Assembly (NCBI GenBank): GCA_965261345.1
Contig: OZ253449.1
Location: 1,088,001-1,152,000, forward strand
DNA: 64,000 nucleotides
Reading direction: 5' to 3'
From: Chloroflexota bacterium
Lineage (GTDB): Bacteria; Chloroflexota; UBA11872; VXNJ01
A model generated the notes under the pieces. It made no database searches. It was not told the DNA's origin and saw only the letters and a list, made by a program, of their open reading frames with translations. This document shows positions 23,904-32,655 of this stretch, piece after piece. The number at the start of each line of letters is the position of its first letter. Within the stretch, counting starts at the first letter, position 1. A program made the translations under genes and the position numbers.

Positions 23904-23929
23904 GAATTGCATGAAATTTCATGCAATTC
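23904..23929. promoter_or_regulatory. Perfect 26-bp palindrome upstream of nrdA
   Basis: GAATTGCATGAAA|TTTCATGCAATTC is its own reverse complement; ~70 bp upstream of nrdA start in an AT-rich region; function unknown. Confidence 0.55.
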
Positions 23930-24038
23930 GGAGGATCATTTTGGCGACACCGTGTAATACGGAGTCTAACGATATATCATAAATTCGCATCGACCAAGCG
24001 CAATTGGATGGAGTTTTGTAATAAATGTCCACGCCGCC

Positions 24039-24054
24039 ACACCATATGTTGTGG
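24039..24054. promoter_or_regulatory. NrdR box
   Basis: ACACCATATGTTGTGG matches the NrdR consensus acaCwAtATaTwGtg; ~200 bp upstream of nrdA. Confidence 0.75.
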
Positions 24055-24264
24055 TGATCGATAAATTTATAGGACCGCTGATTGGGCTGAGATTACGCTT
24101 TATTCACTCAAAAAAGGCACTGGATCGCCGCTCATTGAGCCGCGTCCACCAATTCACTGGAAATCGCAAGCTTGCCGTCCCACTTACGGATTCCGATGAC
24201 ACGATTTACATTCGCCTTACAAACCCCTATATGAAGCTGCGAAATACGCCAGTGCGACCTTTGT

Positions 24265-24645
24265 TCAGCTGACCGATTTTCGACCGGCAAACCCCTCTTG
24301 CGGATAGTGCCAATAGGTAATGTCGGGCTCGCCCAGGCGATAACACCAACAAACGTCGCGATCGGCTCTGCGGCCAGGGAAGTCGATGATTCCCTCATCT
24401 AGATCGCGAACCAACACTCCCTCAGCAGCGAGTTCAACCAGCAGATCGCCGACCGCTTGCAACAACTCGGGCAGACCCTTGGCCGGGCTGTCATCGCCAG
24501 AGAGACCTTCAATGGCCCGACCCCAAGCACGTAAATCGGCGCGGTGTCGGGCGATCTGGTCCAGGCGCTCGATCGTTGCCGGGAGCGCCGCGCGGGCCTC
24601 GGCCAGGCTGTAAACCCGGTCGCGGTCACCTGGCTTTCTCGGCAA
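24265..24645 (-). CDS. DUF2203 family protein
   Basis: YSLAEARAALP...VRDLDEGIIDFP...CWCYRLGEPDITYWH...GFAGRK. Confidence 0.85.
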   Translation of the reverse strand: MPRKPGDRDRVYSLAEARAALPATIERLDQIARHRADLRAWGRAIEGLSGDDSPAKGLPELLQAVGDLLVELAAEGVLVRDLDEGIIDFPGRRADRDVCWCYRLGEPDITYWHYPQEGFAGRKSVS

Positions 24646-24657
24646 CTTGCTAGTCAG

Positions 24658-25731
24658 CTATTCGTCGTCGTCGGGCGAGGACTTGCCGCCGCCGGCGAAC
24701 TTTGGAGGCTGGCGGTTCCAAGGGTTCCAGCCGCCCTTGTCGGCGATCATCATCTCGTCGGCGACAAGGCGTTGGAAGGCCGCATCGGATATCGCCGCGA
24801 CCTCGGCGAGGAGTTCATCCGACAGCTTCCACTCGGCTGCCCGGGCGGCGTCGTTAACCTCCGCGGGGGTTCGGAATCCAACCAGCGCGGTGGTAACGAC
24901 CCGGTGTGAGAGCACCCATGCCAGCCCCAGATCGGGCAGGGTGTGGCCCTCGCGTTCGGCAATCGCTCGCAACTCGTCCTGGGTCTGCACGTTCAGCGGG
25001 AAATGTTTTTTGCGATCAAAGAACGGCATCCCGAAGGCGTGCCCCGAATCTCGCCAATCCCAGGAATCAAACTCATGGTCGGCGGTCATGTTGCCGGCCA
25101 GCAGGCCATGGGCAAGCGAACCGTAGCTCATGATGCCAACCGCGTTTTGCTCGCACCATGGCATCACGTCGCGCTCGATCCGGCGCTCCAGCATCGAATA
25201 ACCCATCTGGTTGGCGACCAGTTTTACGTGCTTGGAGCATTCGTCCAGCATCTCCGGCATGAAATTGGAGACCCCGATGTAGCGGATCTTGCCGGCTTTC
25301 TGTAGTTCTTCCAGGGCCCGCATCGTCTGCTCAAACGGCGTATCGACGTCCGGCCAGTGGATCAGCAGCAGGTCGATGCGGTCGGTCTGCAGGTTTTTCA
25401 GGCTCTGTTCGCAGGATTCGAGCACGTGAGCGCGGGTGCCATTTCGCTCCATCCGTTTTTCGGCATCGTTCCAGGCGATCCCGCATTTGGTAACTATGAT
25501 CACCTGGTCACGGATCGGTTTCAGCGCTTCCCCCATGACCCGCTCGGAGTGTCCCAGTCCGTAACCGGCCGCGTTGTCAAAGCAGGTAACTCCCAGGTCG
25601 AATGCCCGCATCACCGCAGCCTGGCCCTCGCCATCGTCGACCGCCCCGTATTGGGTGCCCCCCATTGGCCAGCCGCCAAAGCCGACGACCGACACCTCTA
25701 GGTCGGAATCGCCAAACTTGCGATATTCCAT
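24658..25731 (-). CDS. Aldo/keto reductase
   Basis: MEYRKFG.SDLEVS, FDNAAGYG.GHSE, IVTKCG, DLLLIHWPD, GKIRYIGVSNF. Confidence 0.92.
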   Translation of the reverse strand: MEYRKFGDSDLEVSVVGFGGWPMGGTQYGAVDDGEGQAAVMRAFDLGVTCFDNAAGYGLGHSERVMGEALKPIRDQVIIVTKCGIAWNDAEKRMERNGTRAHVLESCEQSLKNLQTDRIDLLLIHWPDVDTPFEQTMRALEELQKAGKIRYIGVSNFMPEMLDECSKHVKLVANQMGYSMLERRIERDVMPWCEQNAVGIMSYGSLAHGLLAGNMTADHEFDSWDWRDSGHAFGMPFFDRKKHFPLNVQTQDELRAIAEREGHTLPDLGLAWVLSHRVVTTALVGFRTPAEVNDAARAAEWKLSDELLAEVAAISDAAFQRLVADEMMIADKGGWNPWNRQPPKFAGGGKSSPDDDE

Positions 25732-25867
25732 TGGTACCACCATTCCTTGCGGGCAGTTGCCCAATAACCAAAGCCCACGGGCGTTGAAACTCCTTGCCGA
25801 TTATTGACAATCCGGCCGCCGGGCCGGCCCGGCGCGGCCCCATTGCGCGGCCAGAATCGCGCGGGCC

Positions 25868-26428
25868 ATGATCGCGTTCTGGTTCAAGCTCGCCGCCGCC
25901 ACTGTGGCCGTTGCGCTGCTTTTGGCAGTCGTCTATCTGGTTTATCTTGCCTCGGTAGCCGGCCTGGTCCAGGTCCCGGCCCTTGCCGGAGTATCCGGCG
26001 AGAGCGCCGCCGCCCTGGGTGATTCCGGGGCTACCGCCACGCCGGCTTCGTTCACCCGGGTGCTGGAGGCCTCGGCGGTGGTCGAGAGCCCCCAGGGTTG
26101 GACCGATATCGGCATCTCAGCGGTGGCGTTCAATCATTACGTGGCCGCTAGCGGCCGGGCGAGCCCGCAACTTGAATGGGCGCGGGCGCGGGTGGCCGGT
26201 GCCAGCGTGGCGGTCGAGGGCGAGCTTCGTGGGCACCTAAACGTCCCTTTCGCCGGCCATTTACAAACCAGCGTCGAAGGCCAGGAATTGATCCTGCATC
26301 TGGCAGTTGAACGATTCGGCGTCCTGCCGCTCCCGCAGCTCCTGTTCGGCGACGGCGTACAGGTGCGCGTTCCCGCCAGCCGGTTCCTGCTCTCACTGCT
26401 CGGCCTCGGCCGGGCGGCGGTGGGGTAG
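25868..26428 (+). CDS. Hypothetical membrane-anchored protein
   Basis: N-terminal hydrophobic helix; fills the gap and converges on the cNMP-binding protein gene. Confidence 0.55.
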   Translation: MIAFWFKLAAATVAVALLLAVVYLVYLASVAGLVQVPALAGVSGESAAALGDSGATATPASFTRVLEASAVVESPQGWTDIGISAVAFNHYVAASGRASPQLEWARARVAGASVAVEGELRGHLNVPFAGHLQTSVEGQELILHLAVERFGVLPLPQLLFGDGVQVRVPASRFLLSLLGLGRAAVG

Positions 26429-26429
26429 C

Positions 26430-27425
26430 TTAAACCGGGTGCTGGTCGGACCGCTTGAGCCAGTTGACGCTGGTGGCCTTGGTCCCGCGGACCAGGCGGC
26501 GCACCTCGGCCCGGCGGGCAGTCGGCAGATGCTGTTTTTCCAGCCAGGCCCGCGAAGCTACGTACTTGGTCATTGCCACCTCGATCGGCAGGCGCGAATC
26601 CGGAAATTGCGCATAGAAATCAAGTAGTTTCTCACGCTGGATTGTCAGGGTCGACAGCGCCGTTATCGCCTGCACGGTGGCCGGGCGGGCGGTTTGCCCC
26701 AGCAGGGCCAGCTCGCCAAAATGGTCGCTTTCGTCCAGCTCGTGATATCGCGTCCGTGGTCGGCCCTGGCGCCGGTCATAGCTGACCACATCGAGGAGCG
26801 CCCGACCACGCCGGATATAGTGCAGGTCGACGCCATAGTCGCCCTGCCGGAATACGAACCGGCCGGCTGGAAAGTGGCCCCAGGCAAATCTTTGTGCCAG
26901 CGACTCAAGCTCGTTGGCCGACAGATGCGAGAAATAGTCCAGTTTGCGCAGATAGGCAGTCAACACGGTTCGTAGGTACGACTCGTTTAGCGCCCGGACA
27001 AGCTCGGATTCCTGTCCGAGCGGGCCCACCAAGCGCGACAGATCCAGCACCAGGATTTCACTGCCCGTTTCGGTGACCGCCAGGATCGGATCCGGATGTC
27101 CGATCGCACTTTCGAAATTTCCAAATACCGCAAGCTCTCCGACCACCCGGCCGCGCCGCTCGCGCTCATCGGGGTGCGAGGGCGTCGAAATCCGCACCTT
27201 GCCGGTCGCCACCACGTAGAGACTGTGATCGCCGATCCCCGGTTCGGTGATGACGGTGTTGGCCGGCGAGACCAGCAAGGTGCCGCGGCGCGCCAGTTGA
27301 CGCCGCAAGTTCGGCGGCAGCGAATCGAATATCTCGATCTCCGCCAGCGCCTCTTCAAACCTTCCGGTGCGAATCTTCCAACCCAGTGCCCGGACGGCGT
27401 AGGAGAGCGAGTCAATCAGCCCCAA
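26430..27425 (-). CDS. Tandem cyclic nucleotide-binding domain protein
   Basis: Two CNB domains: LYVVATGKVRI...VFG (degenerate cassette) and VFRQGDYG.DLHYIRRG...HFGELALL...RPATV (canonical); GAGGAG SD right after the pafA-like stop. Confidence 0.85.
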   Translation of the reverse strand: MGLIDSLSYAVRALGWKIRTGRFEEALAEIEIFDSLPPNLRRQLARRGTLLVSPANTVITEPGIGDHSLYVVATGKVRISTPSHPDERERRGRVVGELAVFGNFESAIGHPDPILAVTETGSEILVLDLSRLVGPLGQESELVRALNESYLRTVLTAYLRKLDYFSHLSANELESLAQRFAWGHFPAGRFVFRQGDYGVDLHYIRRGRALLDVVSYDRRQGRPRTRYHELDESDHFGELALLGQTARPATVQAITALSTLTIQREKLLDFYAQFPDSRLPIEVAMTKYVASRAWLEKQHLPTARRAEVRRLVRGTKATSVNWLKRSDQHPV

Positions 27426-27442
27426 AAACTCACACTCCTCTT

Positions 27443-28999
27443 CTAAGGCTCTTCTATGGCGCGGTCGGTCGGTTCAACGTCCTCGTCTGGTCCTCCCGCC
27501 GGCGGCAGCGCCCGCAGGAAATCGCCGATCTCGTCAGCGAATTCGCTTGACTGGTCATCGTAGCACTGGAACGGGTCGGCAATGCTTAGAACCTTCCCGT
27601 TTACGGCGATCGATTCCCAGTCCAGCACATACGGCACCAGATCCCAGACCCCGGCTGCGGCCACCTCCCGCCAACCGTCAATGTAGGAATAGACGCGGTA
27701 GAGGCGACCTTCCCAAAGTGCGTAATCTGATAGTCCGTGGCGCAATTCGGACCAATCGACGTGTTCGGCCGCGTCAGCCTTAGCCAGCGCCCGCAGGACC
27801 TTGGCGCGGGCATGGGCGCGGGTGTCCAATGGCGGCTCGGAAACCGCCCGCTGGGCCACCGGGGTCGGCAACAGGAAGCGCATCCGGGAATGCTCGCGCA
27901 GCGCCGTAAATACGCTCTGGCGGGGGTCGATGATGTGGTATGCCTGATCCACCTTGAGCAGATCACGGTCGCTCCACCCGAGGGAGCTGCCGTCGGCAAA
28001 TTCGCTAAGCACCTTCTTTTTGGAAACCCAGTCCAAATGGCCATCTAGCGTCATTGGATCAGATTCGAGCTGATCTAGGACCTGTTCCCAGTTCTCAAGG
28101 GTCCATGCGGTATCGGCATCTCTGCCCGCAAACCGCCGGGTGGCCTCGTTGAGGTATTGGCGCTGCACGTCAACCGCCGCAATCGATCCGTAGCGCTCCT
28201 CCGAGACAGTCCAGTCGCCCACCGTGTTGGCGGCAATTTGGCGCAGATCGCGCACCGGCGCTTCAAGCTGGAGCGATTGCGACCAACCGGCGTCGAGCAA
28301 CTGGGCCACTAGGGCGGTGGTGCCGATCTTGAGGGCAGTGGCAAATTCAGACCGATTGCAGTCGCCGATGATCACGTGTAGGCGCGGCCGGGAACCCAAC
28401 GGCTCATCGCGCAAGTTGATGATCGGGCGGCCGCCGTAGCGCACCCGCCGTGAAACGCCCACATCGGCGAATCCGGCGCGCTGGCTCAGTTGGTATTGCC
28501 CGGGCCGGCCGCGCCCGGAAAAACTGATCAGGCCGGCACCGGCAAAGATCTGGCGGGTCACCAGAAAGGGCATTAGCCCGGAAACTACCGTCTCGTCGTC
28601 GGGACGGCGGCGCATCGAATAGCTCTCATGGTACCCGAAGGTGTTGCCGCAGTAGTCGGTGTTGCTCTTGACAAAGTAGATCGGGTCCTGCCGCTGCAGG
28701 CGTGCAAGTGTTTCCAGCAGAATCGGTTCGATCGCCAGCTCATGGGCCACCAGAGCGGCCAGGCTGCGGCATTCGGCAGTGGCGTATTCAAGGTGCCCTG
28801 AGTCGATCAGCAGGCGCCCGCCGTTGAACAGGAACCCGCCGTTGGCCGGGGTTTCGCCCCACTCGCGCGGCGCCGGGTCGACGACCCCGTAGCGGTATCC
28901 GTCAAAGATGTCGGTCTTGACCAATGCCGCCGCCAGCTCCGGTTCCACCGCACCGGTTACTCCGAATTCGATCTCGGTGCCGAACAGGGCATCTTGCAT
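27443..28999 (-). CDS. pafA: Pup/UBact-protein ligase, PafA family
   Basis: FGTEIEFG, FLFNGGRLLIDSGHLEYATAEC, NTDYCGNTFGYHESY, PFLVTRQIFAGAG, LSQRA, RPIINLRDEP, RLHVIIGDCN, LKIGTT, PPLDTRA, DPF; no Dop loop. Confidence 0.85.
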   Translation of the reverse strand: MQDALFGTEIEFGVTGAVEPELAAALVKTDIFDGYRYGVVDPAPREWGETPANGGFLFNGGRLLIDSGHLEYATAECRSLAALVAHELAIEPILLETLARLQRQDPIYFVKSNTDYCGNTFGYHESYSMRRRPDDETVVSGLMPFLVTRQIFAGAGLISFSGRGRPGQYQLSQRAGFADVGVSRRVRYGGRPIINLRDEPLGSRPRLHVIIGDCNRSEFATALKIGTTALVAQLLDAGWSQSLQLEAPVRDLRQIAANTVGDWTVSEERYGSIAAVDVQRQYLNEATRRFAGRDADTAWTLENWEQVLDQLESDPMTLDGHLDWVSKKKVLSEFADGSSLGWSDRDLLKVDQAYHIIDPRQSVFTALREHSRMRFLLPTPVAQRAVSEPPLDTRAHARAKVLRALAKADAAEHVDWSELRHGLSDYALWEGRLYRVYSYIDGWREVAAAGVWDLVPYVLDWESIAVNGKVLSIADPFQCYDDQSSEFADEIGDFLRALPPAGGPDEDVEPTDRAIEEP

Positions 29000-29005
29000 G
29001 CGGGA

Positions 29006-29197
29006 CTACTGCCCTCCCGGTTGCGGCGTGGGGTTGGGAATCTCACGAATGATTCGCCGCACCCTCTCGCCTAGCTCCTCTTCCTCGCTCTTGTCCGGCG
29101 AATGGGCGGGGTCCTCGGTCTCGGTTTCCGGTTTACTCGGAGCTTCAGTTTCCAACCCGATGCGGACGCTCAACATGGCGCGTTGCTCTGCTTTCAA
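29006..29197 (-). CDS. Pup/UBact-like prokaryotic ubiquitin-like modifier ending in GGQ
   Basis: 63 aa from TTG 29197 (GGAGGA SD at 29207-29212); acidic, Pro-rich, disorder-like composition; C-terminal PGGQ; lies between dop-like and pafA-like genes. Confidence 0.8.
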   Translation of the reverse strand: MKAEQRAMLSVRIGLETEAPSKPETETEDPAHSPDKSEEEELGERVRRIIREIPNPTPQPGGQ

Positions 29198-29255
29198 TTT
29201 GCCCCATCCTCCAACGCCGGACGGATACCATGGCACCCGTCATTAGATAACATTT

Positions 29256-30800
29256 TCAACCAACGACAGCTTCGGACCCCATAAGCGCCCCGACTAGTTC
29301 GTCCACGTCGGCGGCCGCCTCAACCTTTTCGGCCAGGGCTGCAATAGTTCCCGAATGGACCTGCGAGAGGTCCAGGTGAAACCGCCGGCCGGAAATTTCA
29401 AGCGTCGCCGAATCCCATTCCATCTCCTTGACGTGGCCGCCAAAGTGCGAGATAAGCCTTCCGCGCAGGCGCGCCCGCGTGTCGCCGGGCGGTTGTTTGA
29501 GGTGGGCCCGGGCTTCTGTGGGGTCAAGCAGGGTGCCGATTCGACCCTCGGCCACCAGCTGGTCATAGATCGAATACCTTGGGTCAAGGTAGTGGTAGGC
29601 GACGTCTAAGCGCCGCAGTGTTTCGGCCGGCAGGCCTGCCTGGCCGGGTGCGACTTGCTCAATCAGCTGCAATTTGGCGCACCAGTCGAGGAAATCACCG
29701 GCACCCTCCGGATCGCGACGTAGCAGATCGAGCAGGCGTCGCCACTCGGCGGCAATCCAGTCGCGCTCCGGTCCGCGCAGATCGGCTTCCTCAATCGCCT
29801 GCAGGTAGATTTCCAGCACGTCGAGCATCCCCAACTGGCCGCGCGAGGTCGGCACCATGGCGCAAAGCGCGGGGTCGCGTGAAAACGTCCGGATCGCCTG
29901 CAGCGGGTCGTTGAGGGCGATTCGGAAGTCGTGCCCCTGTTCGACTAGGTCCAGCACCAGCGAGGTCATTCCCACCTTGAGCGCCGTCTGTAGCTGGCTG
30001 CGGTTGGCATCGCCGCAGATCACGTGCATCCGGCGATAGGCCCGGCGGTCGGAATGCGGCTCGTCGCGGGTATTGAAAATCGGACGCTTTGCAGTCGTAT
30101 TTATCCCGGTTATCTGTTCAAAAAAATCGGCCCGCTGGGAAATCTGAAAAGTTACCGCCGGGTCGGCGAAGCGGCCCTCGCTGCCGGCCTTACCGGCACC
30201 GGTCAGGGCGATTCGCGAGACCAGGAAGGGCACAGTCTGGGCGATTAAGAAATCCATCCCGACCGACCGGTTCAAAAGGTAGTTTTCATGGGTTCCGTAT
30301 GAACGGCCGTGATAGTCGGTGTTGTTCTTGACCAATAGCACCTCGTCGGTCGAGCGGGCGTTGCGCTGGCGCTGACAGGCAAGTAGGAGTTGTTCGCCGG
30401 CGGCGTCCTGGCGGGCGACCTCGAATGCCGAACGGGTGGCATCGGTGCAGTACTCGGGATGGTTGTGGTCGTTGTAAAAGCGCGCGCCGTTGGGCAGGAT
30501 CGTATCGGCGATCAGCTCGGCCCGGGAGAGCCTGGCACTCTCGCCCGCCACCGCGGCCAGATCGTGCGGGTCGCGGGCCAGGCGGTGACGCCGGCCGAAG
30601 AAATCCAGGCGGCCGTCCTCGCCCGAATAATCCCAGCCGCGATGAATCGGACGCAGGCAGAGCGAGCGGACCAAGGTCGAGGCCAGGAACCCAAAATCCA
30701 CTGGCTCGGCAAAACCCTGGCAGATCATCCCGTATTCGGTCTCGATTCCCATTGGGCGCAGCCCGCCGAGTTGACCGTTTGGCAGCTGGAAGGCGGTCAC
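29256..30800 (-). CDS. dop: Pup deamidase/depupylase, Dop family
   Basis: MGIETEYG, Dop-loop-like WDYSGED, LPNGARFYNDHNHPEY, KNNTDYHGRSYGTHENY, ISQRADFFE, TTAKRPIFNTRDEPH, RRMHVICGDAN, PPGDTRA. Confidence 0.88.
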   Translation of the reverse strand: MTAFQLPNGQLGGLRPMGIETEYGMICQGFAEPVDFGFLASTLVRSLCLRPIHRGWDYSGEDGRLDFFGRRHRLARDPHDLAAVAGESARLSRAELIADTILPNGARFYNDHNHPEYCTDATRSAFEVARQDAAGEQLLLACQRQRNARSTDEVLLVKNNTDYHGRSYGTHENYLLNRSVGMDFLIAQTVPFLVSRIALTGAGKAGSEGRFADPAVTFQISQRADFFEQITGINTTAKRPIFNTRDEPHSDRRAYRRMHVICGDANRSQLQTALKVGMTSLVLDLVEQGHDFRIALNDPLQAIRTFSRDPALCAMVPTSRGQLGMLDVLEIYLQAIEEADLRGPERDWIAAEWRRLLDLLRRDPEGAGDFLDWCAKLQLIEQVAPGQAGLPAETLRRLDVAYHYLDPRYSIYDQLVAEGRIGTLLDPTEARAHLKQPPGDTRARLRGRLISHFGGHVKEMEWDSATLEISGRRFHLDLSQVHSGTIAALAEKVEAAADVDELVGALMGSEAVVG

Positions 30801-31549
30801 CCGGCGACCTCGGCCAGCTCAAGCAGATGCGCCCGCGGGCGACAGCGCAGTCGCAGCGGAATTCCGGACCAGCCGAGGCCAATGCTTACGTGGCAGAGCC
30901 GGCCACCCAGGACCATCACCCCATCGGCGGCCGGCAATCGATTGCGGGTGTTGGTCGGGGTCGGCAACATCGGGATGTTGAGTTGGCCCCCGTGGGTATG
31001 GCCCGAAAGGGCCAGGTCGCAGCGGTAATCGCCCACATCAAATACACCGTCCGGTGAATGGGTCAACAGAAGGGTGCCGAGGCCCTGGTCTGAACCGGCG
31101 TAGGCACTTGCGATATCGTGGCGTGCGCGATGCGGGTCATCGGTGCCGATCAGGTTCAGCCTCCGGTCGCCAATCCGTACTTGGACCGACTCGTTTACCA
31201 GCAACCGTACCCCGCTGGCGGCCAAGACGTTGACAACTTGCCCCGGGTCCAGCAGCAGATCGTGGTTGCCGAGGCAGGCGAATGCCCCCAGGCGCGGCCT
31301 GATTCGACCAAGCGCCCGGGCGGTTTCGGCCAGGGCCGGGCCATTTTCAGCGATGTCGCCGGTAACGCACAGGAGATCGCAGGCGACCGGGGCCAAGGAC
31401 CGCAGAGCGCGCGACGGGAAATCGTCGGCGCTACGGGCATGAATGTCTGAGACATGCAAGATCGAAATCCCGGCCAACCCCGAACCATTGGGGAGCGGCA
31501 GGAGGATTTTCTCCAGGATATTCCCGGCCCCCGGACTTGTTTGGTTCAT
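30797..31549 (-). CDS. Calcineurin-like metallophosphoesterase (YkuE/YaeI-like)
   Basis: SDIH, TGD, LGNHD, LTHSPD, LSGHTHGGQ; 4-bp overlap with the dop-like start. Confidence 0.88.
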   Translation of the reverse strand: MNQTSPGAGNILEKILLPLPNGSGLAGISILHVSDIHARSADDFPSRALRSLAPVACDLLCVTGDIAENGPALAETARALGRIRPRLGAFACLGNHDLLLDPGQVVNVLAASGVRLLVNESVQVRIGDRRLNLIGTDDPHRARHDIASAYAGSDQGLGTLLLTHSPDGVFDVGDYRCDLALSGHTHGGQLNIPMLPTPTNTRNRLPAADGVMVLGGRLCHVSIGLGWSGIPLRLRCRPRAHLLELAEVAG

Positions 31550-31599
31550 ATTTGTCTATTGAATTGATCGACCCGATTACCTAGAAAGTTTGACCGCAT

Positions 31600-32649
31600 A
31601 TGGACTCCGGCCACATCTCCAAGATCGGTATCCTCACCGGCGGGGGCGATTGCTGTGGGCTCAACGCTGCAATCCGTGCGGTCGTCCTGCTGGCACATCG
31701 TCGCTCGTGGAGCGTGCGCGGCTACCTAGACGGCTGGGCCGGGGCGGTGGCCAACCATTGGCGTGAGCTAACTCCGGACGCGGTGGCTGAGATCATCTAC
31801 CAGGGTGGGACTATGCTGGGCACCTCGCGCACCGATCCGCGTTCCGACGCGAGCGCATATGCCCGGGTCGAGGCGCTCTTCGCCGATGGCGGGATCGACG
31901 CCCTGGTTGCCATCGGCGGCGACGATACGCTATCGGTGGCGGCTCAACTGGCCGCCGATGGCAACCCGGTCGTCGGCGTTCCCAAGACGATGGACAACGA
32001 CGTTACCGGCACCAACTACTGCATCGGTTTTCACACCGCCATTACCCGCGTTACCGAAGCCATTGACAGCCTGCGCACCACCGCCGCATCGCACAGCCGC
32101 GCGATCGTTGTGGAGACGATGGGCCGCGACGCCGGCTGGGTCGCTGCTTATGCCGGGATCGCCGCCGCGGCCGACTTCGTCCTCCTGCCGGAAAAAGCGA
32201 CCGCGATTGCGGATGTAACCAACGCCCTGGCGCGACGCCATAGCCGAGGGCAGCGCTACGCCCTGGTGGTGGTGTCAGAAGGCGCCCAGGTCTTGGGCCT
32301 TGCGGCGCCGGCGGCGGCGGCGGACGCCAACGACCAGTTCGGGCACACGCTCCTGGCCACCCGTCAGCTGGGGGCCAGGGTGGCGGCCGCCATCGATGCC
32401 GCCACGCCGTATTCAACCCGCGAGGTGGTCCTAGGTCACACCCAGCGCGGCGGGATCGTAAGCGCCTATGACCGGGTGCTCGGAACCCGCCTCGGACGCG
32501 GCGCGATCGTCCTGGTGGAGCGCCGCCATTGGGGGTACATGCCGGCATTGATCAATCAGGCGATCGCCGATTTCCCGCTCGCCGCCGCGGTTGGGACCAA
32601 CCGCAAATTGATTCCCCAGATGCTCGACGTCATCGAGGACTTCCAGTAG
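31600..32649 (+). CDS. 6-phosphofructokinase, PfkA family, PPi-type signature
   Basis: GILTGGGDCCGLNA, GGTMLGTSR, GGDDT, PKTMDND, ETMGRDAGW, LGHTQRGG. Confidence 0.9.
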   Translation: MDSGHISKIGILTGGGDCCGLNAAIRAVVLLAHRRSWSVRGYLDGWAGAVANHWRELTPDAVAEIIYQGGTMLGTSRTDPRSDASAYARVEALFADGGIDALVAIGGDDTLSVAAQLAADGNPVVGVPKTMDNDVTGTNYCIGFHTAITRVTEAIDSLRTTAASHSRAIVVETMGRDAGWVAAYAGIAAAADFVLLPEKATAIADVTNALARRHSRGQRYALVVVSEGAQVLGLAAPAAAADANDQFGHTLLATRQLGARVAAAIDAATPYSTREVVLGHTQRGGIVSAYDRVLGTRLGRGAIVLVERRHWGYMPALINQAIADFPLAAAVGTNRKLIPQMLDVIEDFQ

Positions 32650-32655
32650 GGGTCG

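Noticed and set aside
23834-24264. Cobalamin riboswitch upstream of class I nrdA
   Set aside because: No B12-box or other conserved riboswitch core found on the minus strand
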